64,000 bases of DNA from Obrimoposthia wandeli (taxonomy: Eukaryota). Numbering within the stretch: position 1 is the first letter of the stretch; each line of letters starts with the position of its first letter. Made by a program: the position numbers and the translations under genes. The stretch is taken from the NCBI GenBank assembly GCA_977020255.1, contig CDROCS010000506.1, positions 744,001 through 808,000 of the forward strand, given 5' to 3'. The notes below the pieces were generated by a model that did no database searches, was not told the origin of the DNA, and saw nothing but the letters and a program-made list of their open reading frames with translations. Below are positions 28,491 through 39,520 of this stretch, piece after piece.

Positions 28491-29546
28491 ATGAAAGCAA
28501 AAATCACCGAACTAAAACGACATCTATTAACAGGCACAAGTCACATGCTGCCGTTTATTGTTGCCGGTGGTGTATTGCTTGCTTTGTCTGTCATGTTAAG
28601 TGGTAAAGGCGCTAAACCTGAAGGCATATTCCTCAATGGTATTTGGGATATGGGGATTGCTGGTTTTACTCTTTTTGTACCCGTTCTTGGTGGCTATATT
28701 GCTTATTCAATTGCAGACCGCCCCGCTCTTGCCCCTGGTATGATTGGCGCTTACCTTGCAAACCAAGTCAATGCTGGTTTCCTTGGTGCAATTATTGTCG
28801 GGTTCCTTGCTGGTTACATCGTTAACTTACTAAAGAAAATTCCATTATCTAAAAAATTACGTGCCGTATCGACATTCTTCATTATTCCAATTGGCGGCAC
28901 CTTTATTGTCTCAGGACTCGTCATATGGGTAATCGGCGGTCCAATTGCTGCTGCAATGGAAAACATGAATGAATTGCTACAAGGCATGGCTGGCGCATCC
29001 AAAATAGCTCTTGGTATGGTCCTTGGTGGTATGACAGCATTTGATATGGGTGGCCCAATCAATAAAGTAGCGACCTTATTTGCACAAACTCAAGTATTCG
29101 AAAATCCGGCATTAATGGGTGGTGTTGGTGTTGCAATCTGTGTACCGCCACTGGGGATGTTCTTGGCAACAACATTGTCTCCAAAACGTTATAGCCCAGA
29201 AGAGCGAGAAGCAGGTAAAGCTGCAGGCATCATGGGTTGCATTGGTATTACTGAAGGTGCAATTCCTTTCGCAGCGACAGATCCTATTCGCGTCATTCCA
29301 TCAATAGTGGTTGGGGCAATGGTTGGTAATGTTACCGCCTTCATGCTTGATGTACTTAATCATGCTCCTTGGGGTGGGTTAATTGTACTACCCGTCGTTG
29401 ATGGGCGTATTTATTATATATTGGCGACCGTCGTGGGTTCGTTAACAACAGCGCTGATGGTTAATACATTGAAAAAACCTATCGACCAACGTGAAGATAA
29501 AAAATTAAATACTGACAATGACGATCTTGTTGTTGAATTCGAATAA
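28491..29546 (+). CDS. frwC: PTS fructose-like EIIC (FrwC-like)
   Basis: HLLTGTSHMLPFIVAGG, AFDMGGPINK, GITEGAIPFA; followed by a stand-alone EIIB. Confidence 0.8.
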   Translation: MKAKITELKRHLLTGTSHMLPFIVAGGVLLALSVMLSGKGAKPEGIFLNGIWDMGIAGFTLFVPVLGGYIAYSIADRPALAPGMIGAYLANQVNAGFLGAIIVGFLAGYIVNLLKKIPLSKKLRAVSTFFIIPIGGTFIVSGLVIWVIGGPIAAAMENMNELLQGMAGASKIALGMVLGGMTAFDMGGPINKVATLFAQTQVFENPALMGGVGVAICVPPLGMFLATTLSPKRYSPEEREAGKAAGIMGCIGITEGAIPFAATDPIRVIPSIVVGAMVGNVTAFMLDVLNHAPWGGLIVLPVVDGRIYYILATVVGSLTTALMVNTLKKPIDQREDKKLNTDNDDLVVEFE

Positions 29547-29565
29547 TACACTTTAGGAATCAGTT

Positions 29566-29880
29566 ATGAAATTACTAGGCGTTACATCTTGCCCATCAGG
29601 CGTTGCACATACTTACATGGCGGCAGAAGCACTTGAAACTTCGGCAAAGAAAAAAGGTTGGGAAGTTAAAATTGAAACCCAAGGCTCCATTGGTATTGAA
29701 AACGAAATCACCATGGACGACATAGCAAGTGCAGATGTCATCATCCTTACTAAAGATATTGCTATTAAAAATGAAGAACGCTTTAAAGGCAAAAAGATAA
29801 TACGTATTGGGGTTGCTGACGCAGTAAAAAAAGCACCGCAAATAATAGACAGAATCGAAGGTTTATTCGCGATGATATAG
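29566..29880 (+). CDS. frwB: PTS fructose-like EIIB (FrwB-like)
   Basis: GVTSCPSGVAHTYMAAE, VKIETQGSIGIEN. Confidence 0.8.
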   Translation: MKLLGVTSCPSGVAHTYMAAEALETSAKKKGWEVKIETQGSIGIENEITMDDIASADVIILTKDIAIKNEERFKGKKIIRIGVADAVKKAPQIIDRIEGLFAMI

Positions 29881-30022
29881 CTAAGTAATCAGCAAGAACA
29901 ATAAAGGATGATCTTAAACAACTGAGTTATCCTTTATTATAGATAAATACACTACCAGTGAATGAAACAGTAATATAATAACCCTAATTTGGTACCTACC
30001 CTAAAATCAGAAGAATCCGCGA

Positions 30023-30865
30023 ATGAATAATACATTTTCTAATTTACTTGATAGCGCATTAACAGAAAGTGATAGTTTCGATACTATTTGGTTTGCAGGT
30101 CAACAAACAACACCACCAACGGGCAGCTATCAAGTACACTTCCCTCGTCTTGAAATTGTTTTTCAAGGCCGCTATGAAAATCAATTAGAAAATGATTCTC
30201 AGCAAATAGATAATATCTGTTTAGAGCGAGGTCATGCCATGTTTATTCCAGCAAATGCTTGGAACAAACCAAGCTGGGATCATGAATGTTCAGTTCTCAG
30301 TTTACTTTTTGGTAAGAGCCAGCTTGGTCTTAGTCTTGTCAGTAAACATGCAAACGAAGACGGTTTTTATGATGTGGTTAAACACTCAGTTCCCCAACGC
30401 ACAGGACATGCAATTGACCATATTTTATTGGCATTAACGACGCTTGCCCATGAAAAAGAAAAACAACCTGTTGGTCAGTTCTTATTAAAAGCACTGCTAA
30501 GCTATTGCAAGCAAATGTTAGATCAACCATCAAGTCAAACCAGTCGCCGTTGCGAAGGTTTATATAAAAGTATTTGTATCTACGTACAAGAAAATTTTCA
30601 TAACAATATTAATCGTAATACCGTTGCTGCTCATTTTAATATATCCCCCAATCATTTATCCCGATTATTCCGACAAGAAGGCCATATGCGCTTTGCTGAT
30701 TATATATCCTGGGTTCGTCTAGAACGGGCCAAGTTTATGCTCAAACGTTATAACTTCCGCCTCGGTGATATTGCCCAACGCTGTGGTTACCACGACACCA
30801 ATTATTTCTGTCGGGTATTCAAAGTAAAAACGGGGAAAACCCCAACTGAATACAGAAGTAACTAA
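30023..30865 (+). CDS. AraC-family regulator (YijO-like)
   Basis: YQVHFPRLEIV, PANAWNKP, C-terminal double HTH (YFCRVFK..TGKTPTEYR). Confidence 0.88.
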   Translation: MNNTFSNLLDSALTESDSFDTIWFAGQQTTPPTGSYQVHFPRLEIVFQGRYENQLENDSQQIDNICLERGHAMFIPANAWNKPSWDHECSVLSLLFGKSQLGLSLVSKHANEDGFYDVVKHSVPQRTGHAIDHILLALTTLAHEKEKQPVGQFLLKALLSYCKQMLDQPSSQTSRRCEGLYKSICIYVQENFHNNINRNTVAAHFNISPNHLSRLFRQEGHMRFADYISWVRLERAKFMLKRYNFRLGDIAQRCGYHDTNYFCRVFKVKTGKTPTEYRSN

Positions 30866-30881
30866 CTTTTGTTTTGGTAGT

Positions 30882-30903
30882 AAAGTCGATCTAGATCACG
30901 TAG
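30882..30903. promoter_or_regulatory. CRP-like site
   Basis: aaa-GTCGA-tctaga-TCACG-tag with a consensus spacer. Confidence 0.55.
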
Positions 30904-31013
30904 CTAAAGCGAGGTTACAAATCTCCAGTAAAAGCATGATTTATCTTCTACCTAAGTTTTCCTTAACACTTTAATATTAAACCTAATAAACAGATCTCCA
31001 TAAGGAATTTAAA

Positions 31014-31331
31014 ATGAGAGTTGTAGCAATCACGGCCTGCCCGACAGGCATTGCTCATACTTACATGGCAGCAGATAAGTTGACCGAAACAGCGAAGAAA
31101 CTAGGTATTACTATAAAAGTCGAAACGCAAGGTGCGATGGGAATCGAAAACCGTTTATCAGAGCAAGACGTACAACGAGCAGATATAGTCTTATTTGCCG
31201 CTGAGATTAACATTGAACACAGCGAACGTTTTGCCAACAAAAAATGTTTAAAGGTATGTATTCAAGATGTAATACGACGCCCTAAGTCAATACTTTCAGA
31301 ATGCGAAGCAATGCTTGCAGCGAGTAATTAA
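31014..31331 (+). CDS. frwD: PTS fructose-like EIIB (FrwD-like)
   Basis: AITACPTGIAHTYMAA, KVETQGAMGIEN. Confidence 0.75.
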   Translation: MRVVAITACPTGIAHTYMAADKLTETAKKLGITIKVETQGAMGIENRLSEQDVQRADIVLFAAEINIEHSERFANKKCLKVCIQDVIRRPKSILSECEAMLAASN

Positions 31332-31340
31332 GGTAATACT

Positions 31341-33830
31341 ATGGATCATAATTTTCATTTTACATGTGTATTAAAAAATGGCATTCATGCGCGTCCAGCA
31401 ACGCATCTTAAACAAGTTTGTAGTCCGTTCGATTGTGATATTAAATTTACTAATTTACGCAGTGAACTGACAGCCGATGCAAAAAGTATATTGGCTCTTA
31501 TTAGTACAGATACGTTAATCGATGACGGTTGTTTACTGACATTTTCTGGTAATGATAGTGAACAAGCGATAGCCGTTGTTAAAACTTATATCGCTAACGA
31601 ATTCCCGCATTGCGACGAAGAATTAAATACACAAAAAAAAGATGATTCCATCGTATTACCACAGTCTTTATTACGTCACCAGCCAACACTAATCGCAGGT
31701 AAAAATTTAGTTCCTGGTATTGCTAAAGGCGAACTAGTCAACCACAACACAGTTGACTTAAATAGCTTTGTTACTGAACGACAGGATAATGAAGTCGCTC
31801 GCTTTGAACATGCTTTCCATCAAGTCAGCAAGTCTCTAACACAGCGTATAGCGATAGCGAATGAGCACGAAAAAGAGATCATTAAATCTCACTTTGAAAT
31901 TTTACAAGATGCTAGTTTTATTGATGACATCAATCAGCGCCTTGCACATAACTCAACAGCAAATGCGATTCTGGCGAGTGCAGATAAAATCAACCAGCAA
32001 TTACAAAAATCATCAAGCAGCTATTTACGCGAACGCTGCCTCGATATTAAAGATATTGCCACTCAGCTATTAACTGCTGCTTACCCTGAAAAGCAGCACG
32101 TTGAAACGTTAGTATTGACGCAACCAAGTATTGTTATTGCACCAGAACTCACTCCCAGTCAATTTTTAGGTTTAGATAAAAACTTGCTACAAGGGTTGAT
32201 ATTAACTAAGGCAAGCAAAACGTCCCACACGATTATTTTAGCGCGCGCATTTAATATACCTACACTATCAGCCGTTACTTTAGCGCAATGTGAAAACGCG
32301 ATTAATAGCTCAGCTTATCTTGATTGTGCTCTTGGGGTGTTAGCAACCATGCCAAATAAAGGTTGTTGTGATTACTTCGAACGTGCAATTAAATTACACC
32401 AACAAGAACAGCTCAATAAAACTAATTTTTCAGCACAAAAAGCACAAACCCAAGACGGTAAAAAAATCGAAGTCGCAGCCAATATTACGAGTCCAACTGA
32501 AGCACTAGCCGCGTTTAAAAAAGGAGCTGAAAGTATTGGTTTATTCCGAACTGAAATGCTCTTTATGATGCAAAATAATGCCCCTACAGAATCAGAACAG
32601 TTTGAACAATATCGTGACGTATTAATAGCCGCAGGTGATAAATCAGTCATCATTCGCACCGTAGATATCGGCGGTGATAAACCCCTTGATTATCTCAATC
32701 TTCCCCATGAGATTAATCCATTCTTAGGTTATAGAGCGGTACGTATTTACCCACATTTTTTAACTTTATTCCATACTCAAATTCGCGCTATTTTACGCGC
32801 TTCTGCATTTGGTCATGCCAAGTTAATGATACCAATGATCCAAAGTATCGAAGAGATCCGTTGGGTTAAAGAGCAAATAACCTTGGTAAAAGCACAACTA
32901 CGCCACGACGGAATTGCGTTTAACAATGACATCCCTGTCGGCATTATGGTCGAAATACCCGCGGTTGCTTTTATCATGGAACAGTTTTGCCTTGAAGTTG
33001 ATTTCTTTAGCATAGGGTCAAATGACATGACTCAATACTTACTTGCGGTTGACCGTGATAATGATGCAGTTGCGCATCTATATAACAGCTTAACCCCTGC
33101 ATTTTTACTCATGTTAAAACAAATTATTAGTATCGCGCATCAACATGGTCGTCGGGTTGGTCTATGTGGGGAATTGGGGGCTGATATAAAGATGTTGCCT
33201 TTACTTGTTGGCGCAGGGCTAGACGAAATAAGCATGAACGCATCTAACATTCTAAATACGAAAGCAGCATTGAACGATCTTGATAGCGAAACTTGCAATA
33301 TATTGTTCCAAGAAGCTTGTTGCTGTTCGACAACGGCTGAAATTGAAGCGTTATTAGCACAAGCGAATAATAACAAACCACCCAAGCCTCTACTCAGCCT
33401 AGATTGTGTATTTAAAAATGCAGAGTTTCAAAGTAAAGAAGAAGTCATTCAAGCGATGGTAGGGAACCTTACTGTTGTAGGCCGAGCGCTAAACAGTAAC
33501 AAATTAGAGGAAGATATCTGGGCTCGCGAAGCCATATTCTCAACCGGACTTGATCATGGATTTGCGATTCCACATACCCAGTCTGAACATATTCAAGATT
33601 CCAGCATTAGTATTGCACAGTTAGCCACACCAATTAACTGGGACTCAGATACCGGCGATGTAGACTTCATTATCATGTTGACGTTAAACAAAGCTCAAGG
33701 TGATCAACATATGCGTATCTTCTCAAATCTCGCTCGTAAACTGATCCACGACTCATTCAGGCAAAAGCTTAAATCGTGCCAAAGTGATGTTGACATCATC
33801 GCGATGCTCACAGCAGAACTCGCCATATAG
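31341..33830 (+). CDS. ptsA: Multiphosphoryl transfer protein HPr-EI-EIIA (PtsA/FryA-like)
   Basis: HPr GIHARPA; EI SKTSHTIIL, GLFRTE, RTVDIGGDK, SIGSNDMTQY; EIIA FAIPH. Confidence 0.85.
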   Translation: MDHNFHFTCVLKNGIHARPATHLKQVCSPFDCDIKFTNLRSELTADAKSILALISTDTLIDDGCLLTFSGNDSEQAIAVVKTYIANEFPHCDEELNTQKKDDSIVLPQSLLRHQPTLIAGKNLVPGIAKGELVNHNTVDLNSFVTERQDNEVARFEHAFHQVSKSLTQRIAIANEHEKEIIKSHFEILQDASFIDDINQRLAHNSTANAILASADKINQQLQKSSSSYLRERCLDIKDIATQLLTAAYPEKQHVETLVLTQPSIVIAPELTPSQFLGLDKNLLQGLILTKASKTSHTIILARAFNIPTLSAVTLAQCENAINSSAYLDCALGVLATMPNKGCCDYFERAIKLHQQEQLNKTNFSAQKAQTQDGKKIEVAANITSPTEALAAFKKGAESIGLFRTEMLFMMQNNAPTESEQFEQYRDVLIAAGDKSVIIRTVDIGGDKPLDYLNLPHEINPFLGYRAVRIYPHFLTLFHTQIRAILRASAFGHAKLMIPMIQSIEEIRWVKEQITLVKAQLRHDGIAFNNDIPVGIMVEIPAVAFIMEQFCLEVDFFSIGSNDMTQYLLAVDRDNDAVAHLYNSLTPAFLLMLKQIISIAHQHGRRVGLCGELGADIKMLPLLVGAGLDEISMNASNILNTKAALNDLDSETCNILFQEACCCSTTAEIEALLAQANNNKPPKPLLSLDCVFKNAEFQSKEEVIQAMVGNLTVVGRALNSNKLEEDIWAREAIFSTGLDHGFAIPHTQSEHIQDSSISIAQLATPINWDSDTGDVDFIIMLTLNKAQGDQHMRIFSNLARKLIHDSFRQKLKSCQSDVDIIAMLTAELAI

Positions 33831-33930
33831 CGGTTACTCCCACCGCAATTTGCAATAACCAAATAAACCTACTCTTTGTCTCTTTAGATGAAGAGCGATT
33901 CTCTGATGATAATTTTAATGGACGGCAACG

Positions 33931-35160
33931 ATGACACCATCATATACACAGTGTTTTTTCCGTATGAACAACCCGATTCAAAATTATGAATGGGGTAGTA
34001 AAACATGCTTAAAGCAATTATTTAATATCAATAATGACGATAATAAACCACAAGCTGAAATGTGGATGGGTGCGCATAAAAATGGTTGTTCTCGCATTAC
34101 GTATGCCGGTAAAGAAATCCTATTGAGTCAGTTTATTGAGCAAGCGCCAACGCAAATACTCGGCGATAATACCGTAACAAAATTTGCCGGTTTACCTTAT
34201 TTGTTTAAAGTATTATCAGCCGAAAAGGCCCTGTCAATTCAAGTTCACCCAAATAAAGCCATGGCTGAAAAAGGCTTTCTATCAGAAGAGGCAAAAGGTG
34301 TTCCTTTAACAGCAGCAAACCGTAACTATAAAGATTCAAACCATAAGCCAGAGCTGATCTATGCATTAACTGATTACATGGCACTTAATGGTTTTCGAGA
34401 ATTCAGCACTATCTTAATTCTGTTTAAGCTTATTAATATTCCAACCATTAAACTATTAGTTAATGAATTTGAAAAAAATCAAACAGAACAAGGCTTAGCA
34501 CATTTTTTTAGTGCGCTGCTTAGCTTAACTGGCACAACAAGAGTCGATACACTAAACAGCTTAATTTGTTATATAGAACGACATACTTACAATCCTATTT
34601 TTGCCTTAATCAGTACACTATCAACGCAGTTCCCCGGAGATATAGGCCTATTATCGCCGCTATTACTCAATGTCGTGAAACTTAAAAAGGGTCAAGCGAT
34701 GTTTCTTAATGCTAATACACCACATGCTTATATTAAAGGTACTGGATTAGAAATAATGGCCAATTCAGATAATGTATTACGTGCTGGTTTAACACCGAAA
34801 TACATAGATGTAGCAGAGCTGATTGAAAACACTGTATTTAAGCCAAAACTGAATAACGAGATTATTTTTGAGCCCGAAAAAATACAAGATACGACCTACT
34901 TTAACCTACCAATAGCAGACTTTCAGTTTAATATTTACGAACCAAGTTTTACCTTTGTTGAACAGGACATCGTAATCTCAACAACATTGTTAAAGACTGA
35001 AAGTGCCGAAATTATTTTTGCGATCGATGAGGAGTTGTACCTGTCATCTTCACTCGGTGATGAGTTGACAATTAAAGCGGGAGAATCTGCATTTATTCCC
35101 GCATATGCTGGTGATTACCAGGTTCAAACAAAAGGTAATTTCGCGCGGGTATACAATTAA
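33931..35160 (+). CDS. manA: Mannose-6-phosphate isomerase, class I
   Basis: QNYEWGS, AEMWMGAH, LSIQVHP, YKDSNHKPE, HAYIKG, MANSDNVLRAGLTPK. Confidence 0.95.
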   Translation: MTPSYTQCFFRMNNPIQNYEWGSKTCLKQLFNINNDDNKPQAEMWMGAHKNGCSRITYAGKEILLSQFIEQAPTQILGDNTVTKFAGLPYLFKVLSAEKALSIQVHPNKAMAEKGFLSEEAKGVPLTAANRNYKDSNHKPELIYALTDYMALNGFREFSTILILFKLINIPTIKLLVNEFEKNQTEQGLAHFFSALLSLTGTTRVDTLNSLICYIERHTYNPIFALISTLSTQFPGDIGLLSPLLLNVVKLKKGQAMFLNANTPHAYIKGTGLEIMANSDNVLRAGLTPKYIDVAELIENTVFKPKLNNEIIFEPEKIQDTTYFNLPIADFQFNIYEPSFTFVEQDIVISTTLLKTESAEIIFAIDEELYLSSSLGDELTIKAGESAFIPAYAGDYQVQTKGNFARVYN

Positions 35161-35182
35161 ATAAAGAAATAACACTATAAAA

Positions 35183-35216
35183 AATAGGCACCCATATTCC
35201 TATGGCTGCCTATTTT
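35183..35216. terminator. Bidirectional terminator between manA and glgB
   Basis: aaaataggca...tgcctatttt. Confidence 0.75.
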
Positions 35217-35236
35217 ACGTTTAATAACACGATTAC

Positions 35237-37168
35237 TTATCCGCGTTGCCAACGATAAAATACCGTCGATAACGGCGGCAGAGTTAATCGTACTGAATCA
35301 GCTAATCCCTGACTCTGTACTTTCTCACTATCAGCGCTGCTTACTAGTGGATAATTACTCCCCGCGTAACAGCCAGCATCGGTATTTAATAACAGCTCAT
35401 AACGGCCAGAATTCGGTACACCAAGACGGAAATTATCTCTTGGTATCGGCGTGAAGTTACTGATCACCAAGATACGTTCGCCATTGTCACTAATACGTTC
35501 ATGGGCGAGTACACTTTCAGATTTATTGTCTTGTAAGCGCCATTCAAAACCAGCAGGATCACAATCCAATTGATACAAGGCCGCTTGTGCCTGATAAAGT
35601 TGATTTAAATCTGCCGTTAAGCGCTGAACACCGGCATTATTGGGATTAGCCAATATACCCCAATCAAGCTGGGCATCATGGTTCCACTCGGCTAACTGGC
35701 CTAATTCAGCGCCCATAAAGTTGAGTTTTTTACCCGGTTGACCGTACATATAACCGGTATAAGCACGTAAATTAGCAAACTTCTGCCATTCATCACCCGG
35801 CATTTTACCCAACAACGAACCTTTACCGTATACAACTTCATCATGCGACAAAGCCAACACATAGTTTTCACTAAATGCATAAACTAACGGGAACGTGATG
35901 GTATCGTGATGGTATTGACGGTTAATAGGCTCTTCTTGCATATAGCTCAAGCTATCGTGCATCCAGCCCATGTTCCATTTAAAACCAAACCCTAATCCGC
36001 CCAAGAAAGTCGGCTTCGATACACCTGGATAGGCTGTCGACTCTTCTGCAATCGTCATCGCATTAGGAAAGTGGGTATACACTTCTTCGTTCATCCACTT
36101 TAATACCTTAATGGTATCGTAGTTGTGATTACCGCCATCGCAATTGGGGATCCACTCGCCATCATTACGCGAATAATCCAGATACAACATCGACGCGACT
36201 GCATCAACGCGGATACCATCAACATGAAATTGTTCTAGCCAATACAAGCTATTTGAAACTAAAAAGCGTTGTACATGGTCACGGCCACAATCATAAATAT
36301 AACTGTGCCAATCTTGATGCCAACCGCGTTTCGGATCTGGATCGTTAAATAATGGCGTGCCATCAAAATTAGTTAAACCGTGGTCATCTTCAGGAAAATG
36401 CGCAGGTACCCAATCGATGATCACGCCAATGCCTGCTTGGTGACACTGATCGACAAAAAACTTAAAGTCATCGGGATTGCCAAAGCGGCTAGTCGGCGCA
36501 AACATGCCAATAGGTTGATAACCCCAAGAACCGTAAAATGGATGTTCTGAGATCGGCATCAATTCGACATGGGTATAATGCATTTTTTGTAAGTACGGGA
36601 TCAGCTTTGCGGCCAATTCTCGGTATGTTAAGAACTCACCCTCGTCATTGCGTAACCACGAACCAACATGCAATTCATAAAATGATAATGCTTGTTTATG
36701 CTTAGCTGTTACAGGGCGTTGTTGCCATGTATCATCTTGCCATTGATAGCTGTCTTGCTGATATACCAATGAGGCAAACGACGGATACTGCTCTGCATGT
36801 GCGCCCCATGGGTCGGCTTTATGTGGCAAGCTTTTACCAGCATGGTCAACGATAGCAAATTTATAACGCTCGCCAACCTGTAAGTCTGTAATGAATACAC
36901 CCCACAGGCCCGCATCTAATTGGCGCAGCGCATGATCGTTGGTATTCCAGTCATTAAAATCACCAATAACACTGACTTTGCTGGCATGCGGTGCAAATAC
37001 TAAAAAGCGTACACCCGAAACACGCAGGCCATTATGCATAAAGCTAACACACTGCGCGCCCATTTCTTTGTGCATGAGCTTTGGGGTATGTAATGTTTCC
37101 ATACTCGGCATTAAACCCGAATATGCTTCAAGATTGTGGATCACAACTGCTTTTGAAGTTGCCTGCAT
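35237..37168 (-). CDS. glgB: 1,4-alpha-glucan branching enzyme (GH13_9), short N-terminus
   Basis: [47 protein letters not shown]. Confidence 0.95.
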   Translation of the reverse strand: MQATSKAVVIHNLEAYSGLMPSMETLHTPKLMHKEMGAQCVSFMHNGLRVSGVRFLVFAPHASKVSVIGDFNDWNTNDHALRQLDAGLWGVFITDLQVGERYKFAIVDHAGKSLPHKADPWGAHAEQYPSFASLVYQQDSYQWQDDTWQQRPVTAKHKQALSFYELHVGSWLRNDEGEFLTYRELAAKLIPYLQKMHYTHVELMPISEHPFYGSWGYQPIGMFAPTSRFGNPDDFKFFVDQCHQAGIGVIIDWVPAHFPEDDHGLTNFDGTPLFNDPDPKRGWHQDWHSYIYDCGRDHVQRFLVSNSLYWLEQFHVDGIRVDAVASMLYLDYSRNDGEWIPNCDGGNHNYDTIKVLKWMNEEVYTHFPNAMTIAEESTAYPGVSKPTFLGGLGFGFKWNMGWMHDSLSYMQEEPINRQYHHDTITFPLVYAFSENYVLALSHDEVVYGKGSLLGKMPGDEWQKFANLRAYTGYMYGQPGKKLNFMGAELGQLAEWNHDAQLDWGILANPNNAGVQRLTADLNQLYQAQAALYQLDCDPAGFEWRLQDNKSESVLAHERISDNGERILVISNFTPIPRDNFRLGVPNSGRYELLLNTDAGCYAGSNYPLVSSADSEKVQSQGLADSVRLTLPPLSTVFYRWQRG

Positions 37169-37197
37169 TGAAATATCCTTCTTCTCATTAAAGCAAA

Positions 37198-37229
37198 ACA
37201 AGGAGGCTGGTAAACCAGACTCCTTGTTT
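37198..37229 (-). terminator. Hairpin between malQ and glgB
   Basis: aacaaggag-gctggtaaaccaga-ctccttgtt. Confidence 0.6.
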
Positions 37230-37306
37230 CATTAACTAATATAATGCTTAATTTAAATTTATATCGTAATTAACTTAAACTGTTGTCGTTGCTAATTTAT
37301 CACAAA

Positions 37307-39502
37307 TTAAACTAATTCATCTGTACATTCGCTGGCTTTAGCACGTGCGGCTGTCAATTCTGCCGCTAAATAATTCACATTCGGGCAGCTAAACATATCA
37401 TCTAATGTAGCAGATAGCTTACGACGCCAGTTCGGGTATTCATCCACCGTTCCAGGGACGTTAACAGGCTTATCCATCGCTAACCAATCTTCGAGCTGTA
37501 AGCTCAGCAAACTACTTGAACCTGCCGCTAAATGTAATTGTAGGCTGTTACTCAGCGCTTGATCCATCGGCACATAATCAGCATTACGACCAACAGATTC
37601 TGCCAATTTACCATGCCAAGAGACACTGTTGAGTATTTCTTGTTTCGACTTACTACGATCATCAAACAGACCATTTAGCTGAGATTGATCTGGGTATAGT
37701 CCGATGGTTTGGCCTAATTTAAGATCTTCACAATGCCAGAAGCCGCGTAATGTTGGCATGTCATGCGTACATAAGGTTGCCATTGATTGCGGTTGGTAAT
37801 GCGCAGGTGAAAAGTAACCACCATCTTCCGCAGTTTCAAAAAAGAATACTTTGTAAGAATGAATACCCGCTTCACTTAACAAGCTCACGATCTCGTCAGG
37901 CACTGTACCCAAGTCTTCACCTATCACAGCGCACTGATGACGTTGGCTTTCTAACGCCAAAATAGCCAGCATATCTTGCACTGGATAATACATGTAAGCG
38001 CCAGACGTGGCTTTTTCACCTTTCGGTATCCACCACAGACGTAATAAACCTAATACATGGTCGATACGCAACGCACCACAATGCTGCATGTTGGCACGTA
38101 ATAGTTGAATAAAGGCATCATAAGCAGTGGCTTTTAACTGCGCTGGATTCAGCGGTGGTAAGCCCCAGTTTTGCCCTAAAGGACCTAATACATCCGGCGG
38201 CGCACCAATGCTAACGTCTTGACATAAAGTACCGTCATCAGCCCACACTTCAGCACCACTATCAGCAACACCCACCGCTAGATCGCGGTAAAGTCCCATG
38301 TGCATGCCTTGCGCTAACGCAAACTTTTGCACATCGCCAATCTGTTCATCAGCAATCCACTGCAAGTACATATATTGCTGAATGGCAGGCTGATTTTGTT
38401 TAATAAATGTTTGTACTGCATCACTGTTGATATCACGTAGTTCAGCAGGGAAAACTTGCCAACCCCACACGCTATCATCTTTATCATGTAGCTGTTGATG
38501 CAATGCATCGAAGGTTGCTTGATGCATTAAGCTTTCGCCACCTTTGGCTACAAACGCAGTGAACGCTTGCGCACGAGCGCTATTAGTCGCCAAATGACGT
38601 TGTTGGAACTCGGTAAATAGCAGCGGTAACACACTCATTTTTAAGCGTGATACTTCGCTGTAATCTACCCACTCCGTTGCACGTACTGCGTGTAAACCTT
38701 GTTGAAATTCATTGCTACCAACACGCTGTTGCGCGGCAGAACATAAAGCAAACTCAGGTACTGCAGATACGTCAATGTATAACAGGTTTAACCAGCGACG
38801 TGATGATGGGCTGTACGGGCTAGCGCCTTCAGGGTTAGCTGGGAATAAAGAATGAATTGGATTTAAACCAACAAAGTCACCACCACGGGCAGCAATATCA
38901 GCCACCAGCTGTTTCAAATCGCCAAAGTCACCGATGCCCCAGTTATGATCGGTTTTCAGGGTATACAGCTGAATGCTTGGGCCCCAAGACTTATTGCCTT
39001 GTTCAATCGCGGGCTGTTTGTAGCACGCTTTCGGCGCAACAATCAGCGTCATTTCATACGGTGATTTACGACGACGGCGTAATACCTGTAATTGGTGATA
39101 ACCCAAGGCTAAATCACCCGGTAAAGAAAAGGTCAGCACCCCGCCTTCATCACGGGCATCGCTAACGATTTGTGATTGTAGGTAACCTTCAATCACTTCA
39201 CCTTGTTCTGTGGTTAGCTGCCAACTAAAATCACTGATTCGGGCACTGCTGCCCAAGTTCAATTCTATGTGAATAGCTTCGCCTGCTTTAACGACTTTTA
39301 CCGCCGCTAAAATTGGTGTTTGGTGTTTCTTATCAGCTGACGCCAGTAGTGTTTGTTCAGATTCAGTGTCATACCCTAGCGCTGCTAATAAACTGGTTAG
39401 CGTTTCATCAGAAACTAATTCATTGTTACCCCAAGCGTTGGTATAGCTATCTGCTATACCCGCCTGTGCAGCAACTTGTTTCAGCACATTACTTTGTTCC
39501 AT
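37307..39502 (-). CDS. malQ: 4-alpha-glucanotransferase (amylomaltase, GH77)
   Basis: GIGDFGDL, SPYSPSSRRWLN, DLAVG, GQNWGLPP, RIDHVLG, GEDLG, NVPGT. Confidence 0.96.
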   Translation of the reverse strand: MEQSNVLKQVAAQAGIADSYTNAWGNNELVSDETLTSLLAALGYDTESEQTLLASADKKHQTPILAAVKVVKAGEAIHIELNLGSSARISDFSWQLTTEQGEVIEGYLQSQIVSDARDEGGVLTFSLPGDLALGYHQLQVLRRRRKSPYEMTLIVAPKACYKQPAIEQGNKSWGPSIQLYTLKTDHNWGIGDFGDLKQLVADIAARGGDFVGLNPIHSLFPANPEGASPYSPSSRRWLNLLYIDVSAVPEFALCSAAQQRVGSNEFQQGLHAVRATEWVDYSEVSRLKMSVLPLLFTEFQQRHLATNSARAQAFTAFVAKGGESLMHQATFDALHQQLHDKDDSVWGWQVFPAELRDINSDAVQTFIKQNQPAIQQYMYLQWIADEQIGDVQKFALAQGMHMGLYRDLAVGVADSGAEVWADDGTLCQDVSIGAPPDVLGPLGQNWGLPPLNPAQLKATAYDAFIQLLRANMQHCGALRIDHVLGLLRLWWIPKGEKATSGAYMYYPVQDMLAILALESQRHQCAVIGEDLGTVPDEIVSLLSEAGIHSYKVFFFETAEDGGYFSPAHYQPQSMATLCTHDMPTLRGFWHCEDLKLGQTIGLYPDQSQLNGLFDDRSKSKQEILNSVSWHGKLAESVGRNADYVPMDQALSNSLQLHLAAGSSSLLSLQLEDWLAMDKPVNVPGTVDEYPNWRRKLSATLDDMFSCPNVNYLAAELTAARAKASECTDELV

Positions 39503-39520
39503 TCTATCCTCCATGAATAC

